A stretch of 64,000 nt of DNA from Octopus bimaculoides (lineage: Eukaryota), in NCBI RefSeq assembly GCF_001194135.2, contig NC_068981.1, forward strand, positions 138,978,323 through 139,042,322, read 5' to 3'. Position numbers and translations under genes: made by a program. The notes under the pieces are model-generated. The model saw only the letters and a program-made list of their open reading frames with translations. It was not told where the DNA came from and did no database searches. Shown one piece after another: positions 1 to 10,600 of the stretch (positions within the stretch are counted from its first letter, which is position 1; each line of letters starts with the position of its first letter).

Positions 1-367
1 CCCAATGTGCATTCCAGATTTGAAGAAAATTTGTCAAGAAGAATGGGAAAAATTCCCTAAAGAAACATGCGAGTCATTGATTAAGAACTACAAGAAGAGA
101 TTGGTTGAAGTGGAACTGAATAATGGTTATGCTACGAAGTATTAAATCAGAATTATCAGTTATTTATGTTCTGTATGAATACTTTTTCACCCCTAAATAT
201 TTATATTTGTATATGAATTCATTAGTTACTATAATTTATTAGTTTCTTTTGCATATTCTTAGTTTATGTATGTGTATGGAAATATAGTATTGGTATATCC
301 CATTTATGTTCATTAGAAATTAAATAAAGAATTTTGACAAGTACGAATATTTATTTCCCCCACTGTA
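1..367 (+). mobile_element. 3' end of a Tc1-family DNA transposon (transposase C-terminus plus right IR/DR terminal repeat)
   Basis: 2..145 reads PMCIPDLKKICQEEWEKFPKETCESLIKNYKKRLVEVELNNGYATKY*, the typical Tc1 EEW...KRL...G..TKY end. The element terminates in ...CCCCCACTG followed by TA (361-367). An inner direct-repeat-like copy lies at about 175-193. Confidence 0.85.
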
Positions 368-465
368 CATTCATAATTATATACTTCAAAATTAATTTTA
401 CCAGTATGATCATTTTTTATACGCTAGCCACTGATATAATTATATCCTCAATTTATAAGTGTGTG

Positions 466-499
<34 letters not shown>

Positions 500-654
500 T
501 ACATACGTATGTCGCTTTGTGTTTGTCACCCCACACACACACCACTTGACAACCAGGGTCAATTTGTTTGATTAAAAGCCTTCAAAGTAGTGCTCCAGCC
601 AGACTTCAGTCTAATGACTGAAACAAGTAAGATATGTGTGTGTGTGTGTGCGTA

Positions 655-1030
655 TCCTTTTATTTGTTTCAGCCATTTGACTGCGTCCATGCTAAAGCAC
701 CGCCTTTAGTCGAGCAAATCAGCCCCAGGACTTATTCTTTGTAAGCCTAATACTTCTTCTATCAGTCTCTTTTGCCAAACCACTAAGTTATGGGGATCTA
801 AACATACCAACATCACTAGTCAAGCGATGGTGGGGGACAAACACAGACACGCAAACATACACATACATAACAGGCTTCTTCCAGTTTACATCTACCAAAT
901 CCACTCACAAGACTTTGGTCGGCCTGAGGCTATAGTAGAAGACACTTGCCTGAGGTGCCATGCAGTGGGACTGAACCCGGAACCATGTGGTTGGTAATCA
1001 AGCTACTTACCACACAGCCTCTCCTGTGCA
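655..1030 (-). mobile_element. tRNA-derived SINE, family A (CORE-type centre), diverged copy; approximate ends
   Basis: Same head, CORE-like cttgggcaagtgtcttctactatagcc block and tail as the copy at 25222-25648. Confidence 0.8.
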
Positions 1031-1667
1031 TAAATATATATTATTAAGTACAGTTTTCATCAGAGTAGAGGATGACTTGGCATGCACCATTCTTTTACTT
1101 ATTATTTTAGGTCCCATGTAGTTTTTGTTCCAACAGAACAGCTAGGATGTGCCACCTGGCTTGGTTAAGAGAGATGGAGACAGAGAGAGATGAACCAGTA
1201 TTCAGCTAGTACTTTTGTTAACAAGACCAAAAACCTGAAAAGTGAAGTTGGCCTCAGCAAGATTTGAACTCAGACTTTAGAGAGCCAAAGCAAATATTAC
1301 CACAATAAGTTTATCCAATGCTCCAGTGACTCTGCCAACCAGCCATGTCTATATGTATATGTTACATTATGGGTGCACATCATAAAGATGCTAATAAAAA
1401 ACAAATAAAAAAAATTTGGAAAAAATATTTAATTTCATAGAAGTTATTTAATGGTGTGTTTTGAGTGAACAATTAGAAATTTTAAAAGTTTTCCAGAAAA
1501 AAATTTTTCCAAAAAAAAAAAAATCAAAGAAAAAAAACCTGATTTGCCCTTCTATACATTTTTTTTAAAATATATATTTTCATTTTCCAAAATGACAAAT
1601 AGTATTCTAAAGAAAATCTGCAGGTTATTGTATAAAGCCAACTTAAGATAAATGTGTAGAGGATTAA

Positions 1668-2094
1668 CCCATGAGCATTTAAACCAACCCTATCTGGCCC
1701 TAATATTTTACCTGTTTTATGTTCAAACTGGCCAGATCCAACCTCTCATACCTACCCAACAATGTCATTCTAAAAATAAACAATCACATCATTGAAATCC
1801 CAAAACTACAAGATAATAAATGATAAATTCAATATAATGTGAAGAAATATTACATTTGACAGAGTAATCTCAATGCCTAAGGTTTAAACCAGCCATATCC
1901 TGCTCAGATAATCTACCTGTTTTATGTTTTGAAAATCTGCCATATCCAGTCTCTCTCACCTACCCTCCAACAATGTCACTCTAAAGATATACAATCACGT
2001 CATTGAAATCTCAAAGCTACAAGATCATGCATGATTAATTCAAAATAATGTGAATAAATATTACATTTGACAGAATAATCTAAATGCTAAAGGG
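1668..2094. mobile_element. piggyBac-type MITE with an internal duplication
   Basis: TTAA|CCC...AGGG|TTAC ends; two diverged internal units of about 210 bp. Confidence 0.65.
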
Positions 2095-3283
2095 TTACAA
2101 TAAAAGAATTACAATTGCAGAAGCAGAAAATTCAAAAATTCAAAAATTCCGAAAAAAAAAAAAAAAAAAAAAAAAAATCATCAGAATCAATAAGAAATTC
2201 TTAATTTTACAACTTTGCTGAAAGAAGTGGAGATTTTTCAAATTTTTATTTTTAATGAAATTTTGCATTTATAGAATAGATTCTTTTCTTTTTTCATAAA
2301 CTAGAATCAAAAATAGATTTAGACATAGAATCGCAATACAGAGAATCAAAATTTATAATTAGAATAATTTTGGTTTTAATTAGTTCCCAATTTCTCAAAC
2401 ATTTACTAATGTTATACTGGAAACTTTTCTGTTTTTGAGTTTGTATTTCTCTTCATTCAGCCCCTATCCTTTTATCTCTTAGTGATTACAGCTAGTGGAT
2501 TGTAGCCATGCTGGAGCACTGCCTTAAAGAGTTCTAGCTAATGGTACATATTTTATCTCTTTAACCAAGACTAAGTTATGAGAACATAAACCAACACCAG
2601 TTGTCAAATGGTGACACACATACACACACACATATGACAGGCTTCCATACACTTTCCATCTACCTAATTCACTCACAAGATATTGGTTAGCTATTGTAAA
2701 AGACACTTGCCTAAGGTGCCACATGATGGGACTGAACCCAGAAACATATGGTTGCAAAGCAAAATTCTTATTCCCACAACAATGCTTGTATCTATATTCA
2801 CAAATTATGTTTATGTAAGATTTTAATTTTACTTGTTCACTCATCATCATTTAACATCCCTTTATCCCATGTTAGCATGTGTTGGACAGTTCGATAGGGA
2901 CCAACAAATCAAAGGCCTTGTGCCAAGCTTCAGTGTTTACTTTGCCATAATTTCTACGGCTGGATGTCCTTACTGCAAATATTTCAAATAAATAATTAAA
3001 AGAAATTTCAAACATAATTTCCATTCCAACCTACCTGTGTTAAATCAACAATACATTCACTCTCAACACCTTTTACTACCAATGTGCCAAGTTTTACAAA
3101 GCACATTTTCAGGTTTCATATCAGACATAAAAGAAAACAAGAATCAAGATCTTTTAAAGAATAAAGCAAACCAGACAAAGGTATGGCATGTCGTTTTTTT
3201 CTTAAAATATAAAAACAAGGAGTGGCTTAATGTTCCCAAATTAAGCCTTTTTCGAAAGGCTTAAGTTTTCTTTCTTTTTTTAA

Positions 3284-3650
3284 CCCTTTAGCATTGAATC
3301 CGGTCATATCCGGCCCAAATATTTTACCACTTTTATGTTACAATTGACCAGATACAATCTCTCACACCTACCCTACAATGTCATTCTAAAAATATACAGA
3401 AATACCATTCAAATTTTGAAACTCGCAAGATAATCCTTTCTACTTATAGGCACAAGGCCCAAAATTTTGGGGGAAGGAGTTGACTCAATTACATCGACCC
3501 CAGTGTTTAACTGGTACTTAATTTATCGACCCCAAAAGGATAAAAGGCAAAGTTGACCTCAGTGGAATTTGAACTCAGAAGGTAGCGATGGGCAAAACAT
3601 TGAGAACAAATAAGCAGAGTCTTTGACAAAGATATCTGAATGCTGAAAGG
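3284..3650. mobile_element. piggyBac-type MITE with a SINE family M copy inside (about 3438-3600, minus)
   Basis: TTAA at 3280-3283 and 3651-3654; TIR ccctttagcatt / aatgctgaaagg. Confidence 0.72.
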
Positions 3651-3717
3651 TTAAAAAGACATCAGCATTGTTGTGCTAGACTTAATCCACTGCCCAGTTT
3701 AACATCACCACATAGTG

Positions 3718-3898
3718 TATCAGGACAATTACCCTGACCCCAAGGACAATTCCCCCTGACAACAACTACCTCCTAGAACAATTACCCCCACCACCACCAC
3801 CACGTCCAATATATTAAGTTTTAAATCATCATCTGTTGTCCTCAGGGGTAATTGTCCTTGAGGGGTTATTGTCAATGGGGGGTAAATGTCCTAGACTC
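3718..3898. mobile_element. Small foldback MITE with repeated ggacaattaccc subterminal motifs in inverted orientation
   Basis: Three ggacaatt(a/c)ccc-like motifs on the left are mirrored by gggg(t)aattgtcc motifs on the right; TSD not resolved. Confidence 0.55.
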
Positions 3899-4199
3899 CA
3901 TAGTAGTAGGCTGCCTTTAATGGAATCCATTGGTGCAAGCATTCGGGCCATATCTCCAGTTTGAAAATACTTTCTTCTGATCACAGAGTCTCTGTAAAGA
4001 AGATTCATGGACATTACCATCCCCTTTTAAAAGGAAAAATCCTTTTGTCACATCATAGGATAATTGGTTGCATTTTCAGTCTTATAATTATTAAATGAAT
4101 TGGTACAGAACTCCAAGTCAACCTTTCAAACATAACCACCCAACCATCACGAGTGTATATTAATATAAACATTCAGAATGAATATTATATATATCTTTT

Positions 4200-4363
4200 T
4201 ACTTTTTACATGTTTCAGTCCTTAGATTGTAGCTATAATAATAATTTTTTTTTTAAGCCTATTTATTCTACTGGTCTCTTTTACTAAACCACCAAGTTAT
4301 GAGGATGTAAACACACCAACACCAATTGTCAAGCATTGGTGGGGGACAGATACACACACACAT

Positions 4364-4411
<48 letters not shown>

Positions 4412-4575
4412 CACATGACAGGCTTCTTTCAGTTTCCATCTACCAAATCCACTCACAACGTTTTGGTCAGACCAAGACAATAGTAAAAGATACTTGCTCA
4501 ACATGCTACACAATAGGACTGAACCCAGAACCATGTGGCTGAGGGATAAACTTCTTAACACACAGCCATGCCAGT
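4200..4575 (-). mobile_element. SINE family A, diverged copy with internal (TA)n; approximate ends
   Basis: Matches the family A head and tail. Confidence 0.75.
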
Positions 4576-4848
4576 ACTTCAATAAGTGGGTATGGTGTTA
4601 TTTGAGGAAGATTTGACTGTTATTTCTAACAGATCAACAACTTCTTAGAAGCTCTTTTATTCTTGGTTTCTATAAATATGTATGTATGTATATATATATA
4701 TATATACAATTTGAAAATCCTACACGACTAGGTGAAAAGCGCTTTATTTAATATGTGACATTAATAAAAATCTGTAAATGTACAAACATCCAGATTTCTG
4801 AGTACCTTAATTTTATCTATATAATTTCTGTACATCACCTCCAAACCT

Positions 4849-4879
<31 letters not shown>

Positions 4880-5673
4880 AGTACATAAGTTCTAAAAGGT
4901 GTCTTATCTTTCTATATATCTTAACATTCTATAGTTTGTTTTTTGTTTTGTTCTTTTCATAAATGAATTCTATTATTTCATTAAACCAGCGTTGCAGTGA
5001 AACAAATGGTCAAAGTTCGACAACTCCGTTAGATTTATTCTCTGTAAGAGTCTGTAATCCATAAAAGAAATGTAAATTTTTTTTTTTTTTACATGATTCT
5101 ATTTCACTATTTTAATCCCGTTTTCATAATTAACATGGGTGGCGTGGTTATTTGACGTTTTCCCCTAGTTAACTTTACAACTAATGACACTAAAAGCATG
5201 AATGGTTGAATGTGACTAATAAATAACCAGAGTAGTCAGAGTTATATACCTTACAACAGTTCGTTTTCATTAACGTAACATAGATGGCTCTATCAGATAA
5301 GTTAAATCCGTTAAGCTAAAAAAAAAAGAGGTGCAAAATAATAATCATTGATTCAGGATTTAACTGAGAACTGATCAAGCAAGCTAAGATTTCTCTAAAT
5401 AGAAAAAAACAAAAATGGAACTTTTCACATAGACCTATTCGTCATCTTGTGGTTTTTTTGTTTATTCCGTAAAAGTTAGTGAAAGTATTGTGTTACTGGA
5501 AGCCTTAAAAACAGGCTATGGTTCAGATATTGATTGACTGAAATAAAACCAACCGGCTAAAAGCAAAATAAGTTCATACGAAATAGGTACATTTTTCTTT
5601 TTTTATCCCTAAGTTTTCTGTAGATAAGTTCATTATTCAAACGATTCATAAACTTGTGCCAATAATACATAAT

Positions 5674-5875
5674 TTTTGCCACAAGGGCAGCTTAGGGGAG
5701 GTGGGGATAAGTTGATTACATTAACCCCACTGTTCAACTGGTACTTATTTTATTGAGCCCAAAAGGATGAAAGGCAAAGTCGACCTTGGCAGTATTTGAA
5801 CTTCCAAATGTAGCGACGGGCGAAATACCACAAAGCATTTCGTCCAGTATGCTAACGATTCTGCCAGCTCACCGC
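5674..5875 (-). mobile_element. tRNA-derived SINE, family M, with a 21-bp target-site duplication
   Basis: Reverse complement starts ggcggtgagctggcagaatcgttagc (A-box-like) and carries the gtcgactttgcctttcatcctt central block. TSD cttgtgc(c/t)aataatacataat at 5653-5673 and 5876-5896. Confidence 0.85.
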
Positions 5876-6912
5876 CTTGTGCTAATAATACATAATAAAA
5901 AGGAAAGTATCCCCTAAATTAGAAAAATAAATTACAGCTTTATCAAAAAGCAAAAGAAATAGTATTTCAGAATTAAGTCAGAAATATTTTGTGTATAAAA
6001 CAAAAAAAGAAAACCTGTTTATGATCACTCCTTTTTAACTGTATTTTTCTCACAAGAAACCCTTTTTTTTTTTTATTTAAAAAAATTTTCAAAAATTAAA
6101 ATAAGAAGATTACTAATGACAATTACAAAGTTTTATAAATGTATATTATATGTATATAATCCAAGCAAAATAGTTTCTCTTTTTTGTACAAGATGCTTTT
6201 GTTTACTAAAATGTCAAATTAACAAGTGAAAAAAACTGATTCAGTAGGTGAGGAAAAAAAAGAAAAAACTTCATTTTAACAAGCATTTTAAACTGATAAA
6301 TAATAGTGAAAAGGAATGAGACGGGTGCAGCATCCCTTACGTCACCCAATCGCAGAAAACTTCCAAAAATAGTGATAATGATTCCTTTGAAGTAGTCAGT
6401 CAAAAAGTGAGAATAGCAAATGCAAAGGAGAAAGAAAAAAGAAAAGTAAAAAAGAAAAAAAAAATAGATATAAGATAAACGTGTATTCATTCGTGCGTAT
6501 CTGTTTTGTGTTTAAGAGATCATATATGCTTGTATAAGCGCCAAAACAATGAAAACAGATCACCCTATCATAAGCAAAAGATTTCAAGTTAATTCACCAC
6601 AAAAGGTCTAAGGCTTTTTAATCATTCTCTGTATTAGCCTAAGACCTTTTGGTTACCTTATGAACAGCCACTCAATTTTGCATAGTTCAACTTGGCAATA
6701 TTCACACACATGTATGCAAAAGTTCAAACTTATAATCAACAAATCCACTGATGCATTACATGTGGAACTTTCAGCAACTGGTTAATACTTAAAGAACAAT
6801 TGGCTTCTTTTTTTTTTTCGTCATTCTGTTTGCAGGGCCTAATTTGATGGATAAATCTTTTTTTTTTTTTTCTTAATAAGAAAGAATAAAATTTGTTTAT
6901 GTAAATTAGTCA

Positions 6913-7168
6913 TTAGGATTGCTTTGTATGTTTTTGTGCCGTAATCCAGATTTCATCATCTGGTTTAGTAACCAGTCCATAAACAGGAGTGACAACCTGA
7001 CCTTTAACAAGACCCAAGCGGAACATTCTCAAAATCTTTGTGATACAAATGCTGGCACATAAATAAAGTAGTGCACGCTTTGGATCTCCGTTTTTGCCAT
7101 AAATATCAAAAGGTTGGAAAACTAAACCAGATTTGGCCTTATCCTCAGCAAATCTTTCTGGATCAAAC
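6913..7168 (-). CDS. CYP20A1: CYP20 exon 11, terminal coding exon (FDPERF...[19 protein letters not shown]...[13 protein letters not shown])
   Basis: 256 nt; TCAG acceptor; TAA at 6915-6913; PERF motif present; heme loop has no Cys. Confidence 0.92.
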
Positions 7169-7610
7169 CTGAAACAAAAATAAAAATTATAAAGTTAGAA
7201 TCCTTATATACTGTATATGTTCACCATTCTTAACAATATCAATGAAGAGAATATTGTCTGCCATCATTGTTTTAATCTCCACTTTTCTATGCAACCATAG
7301 GTAAGATGGAATTTATTGGGGCAAATTTTCTACAGCTGGATACCCTTCCTGTTGCCAACTCTCACCTGCTTCCAAGCAAAGTGATATTTCCCAACAGCTA
7401 GACATGTTTTTGACAGAAGACAAGAAACAAACAACATTGCTTGTACGACAATGATGTTCATTTCAACCATCATGTGATATCTAGACAAGGGTACACACAA
7501 ACACACACATACATATATATATATATAGATATATATACACACACACACACATATATATACACACATATACATACACACATATATATTTACATACATATAT
7601 ACATATACAC

Positions 7611-7671
<61 letters not shown>

Positions 7672-10600
7672 TGATGAGCTTCTTTCAGTTTCCATCTACC
7701 AAATCCACTCATAAGGTTTTCGTCGGTCTAGGTTTATAACAGAAGACACTGGCCCAAAGAACCATGCAGTGGGACTGAATCCAAATTTCCAAGGTTGGGA
7801 AGCAGGCCTCTTTAACCACACAGCCAATGCCAGCACCTTCATACGTAAATAAAAACTATCATGATGAGATCTATCACAAAGCTAATCAATTCAGTGACCA
7901 TCAAGACCTGCAGCTTTTCAACCTGAGATCCACAAGACTTGTACTGGAGTCTGTGAACCATGCTCAAAACTTTAAAAGGCTGCAGTGTAAAATGCGTGAT
8001 TATTCATTTATATATTTTATTATTACTGAATCACACATCATTACCACTCAGTTGCACTTTATTATTCTCTACATCATTTAATGTCTGTTTTCCATGCTGG
8101 CATGGTTTTACAGGAGCTGACAAGGCCAGAGTCTGCACCAGGTTCCATAATTTGTTTTGGCTTCATTTCTATAGGTGAATGCCCTAATGCCAACCACTCT
8201 ACAGAGTGTACTGAGTACTTTTTATGTCACATCATCATACAACGCTTTTTATATGGCATTACACCCACACCAATGTTTTTTTTTTATGTGGCACCTTGGT
8301 TTCAGGGTATCAATTCTGTTGTGGTGGGTGGGCTTTGAGTACAGCAATATGCCACTTATCTAAATCTTACACAATCAGTTACAGATTACTATTATTCAAT
8401 TACATATATCTTTTTCAACCAAGATGAAATTGGTGGCAAACTTCTTAACCATATATCTATGACAGTAACCTTGTTTTATAAGAATTTAACCCCCAAAATT
8501 CTATAATCATCATCATCATCATCATCATCGTTTAACGTCCGCTTTCCATGCTAACATGGGTTGGACGATTTGACTGAGGACTGGTGAACCAGGTGGCTAC
8601 ACCAGGCTCCAATCTGATTTGGCAAAGTTTCTACAGCTGGATGCCCTTCCTAACGCCAACCATTCCGAAAGCGTAGTGGGTGCTTTTATGTGCCACTGGC
8701 ACGAAGGCCAGTCAGGAGGTACTGGCAACGGCCATGCTCAAAATGGTGTATTTTACGTGCTACCGGCACAGGATGTAAAGGTTTAACCAGGCCTTGTCAC
8801 ACATTTGTATGTTTCTATGCTGTTCTATGAACTTGGACACCATCATTACAGAACATTGCAGCAATTGACTTATTAGATACTAATAATGCTAACTAAAAAC
8901 ACAAAAATTTAAACATACTGAGTAGGAAGAGGCCAATATTGTTCTTCTTGCATTAGGACACCGATAGCATGAAGGATAGGAGTCTGAAGAAAGAAAATAA
9001 ATAAATAAATAAATAAATAAAGTGATCTGTACTAAAACATTTAATGAAAGCAGAACAACAATTTAAAGTGATATTCTTGTGTATGCTTTAAAAGACAATT
9101 AAAACATGGAGCTATGAACAGATAACAGTTTATAAAATAGCTACACATTTATTTCAACAAGGTAAAAGAGTTTTCCAAAAATAAATATTCATCATAATCA
9201 TCATCATTTAACATCTATTTTCCATACTGTTGTGAGTTGGGTGGTTTCCAGTCAAAAGACTACCCCAAGCTCTGTTTTGGGCTTCAGTATGGGTTCTACA
9301 GCTGGATGCCCTTCCTAATGCCAACCACTTTACAAAATGTACTGGGTGATTTTTACATGACACCAGCAGCAGTGAGGTCACCAAGTAACTTGCAGGACAA
9401 GACCCCTCAACTAAAGTGGGAAGTGGGAGTAGTACTGAGGGGCAGAAACTGTTGTCTTGAAGTAGAAGAGAAACATGGCTATCTCAGGTGGAGAAAAAGT
9501 GGAAAGAGAGAAGGACAGAGAGAGAGAGAGATGGTGAGGATGTGGTGGGGAAGGGGTGCATACACCCAAGTTACAGGGATGTGTATCATGTGAAGTGGAC
9601 AGGGGATAGAAAAGAGTAAGTAGGTGGCTAAGTTCACGAGATTGAGGAAAAAGAATGAGAGATGGGAGGAGGAAGGAATGTTACTATAATATATACTAGC
9701 TAGCTCCATGCCGTCAAAAATGATAGCTAATTGTAGTATTTTATATATAAGGTACATAATAATCACACATACAAACATTCACATATTTTCTTAGTACATG
9801 CACAAACATACTCACACAGAGTTGAAATGCTGTTTGATATATTTTTTCACCCCTTCCTTTGTCATTCATATGTTGTGACAGAGAAAGACAAGAGTATTAT
9901 TATAGTAGATTGTTCCTTAGAACTGACTGGTCTCATTCCTTCTCCAGGGGAGCACCACCAATCCTCTTGGCTCTCCACAACTCATTATCCCATCCCCAAA
10001 CTTAAATAACCATATGCCCAGTCCTCGCTCCCTAGAATACCAGCTCCCTCTGGAATCTTCTACTTGCTCATATCATTCCTTTTGGTTGATGACCCGAAGC
10101 AATTTTAAAAAAATATTAATGGCATCAAGCTCGCCAGTCCCAGGACCTACAAAAGCCCTTTCCTTTATACTCAACCAGTAAAATAAAAAGAAAAACCACA
10201 TTAATCCTAAAACCCTGCAAAAATAAACAACCCCTTCCTCTAGGTGCAATTGTAAATGAACCCATGAATGCAATTGCAGCTATTTTTTTTATATAGATGT
10301 TCATACAGATCCATTGAAAGAGATAAGAACACAGACCTTCAGTTACAAATATCTATTATCATCATTAAAGCCTGAGAACAAGATTTTAAAATTCTAACTT
10401 AAAAATTGAATGTTAGTTGAAATAAATATAACATTTTAGGAAGTTAAAAAATAAATTAAATTAAAGATAAATTTGTAAAATAAATATATTACATTTTTGG
10501 GAATTTTATGTCCTTCAAGTTCTCCATCAAAACTCTGGGTGTAAGCAGACCATTGTATTAACACAGCACATCGATGAGTTTCATCCAACACTTGCTTCAG

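Noticed and set aside
3241-3264. Perfect 10-bp stem with TTCG loop (terminator-like)
   Set aside because: A short AT-rich palindrome expected by chance in 64 kb; bacterial terminators are irrelevant here
5245-5440. Possible tiny first exons of a minus-strand gene (MKTNCCK|gtatat; MTN|..gtctat)
   Set aside because: Too short to recognise, weak donors and no downstream exon found
7045-7059. Cys421 or Cys425 as a shifted heme ligand
   Set aside because: They lie 9 and 13 residues after the canonical position, inside the L-helix, and the gap-free alignment places Asp412 at the ligand site. Not excluded without a structure.
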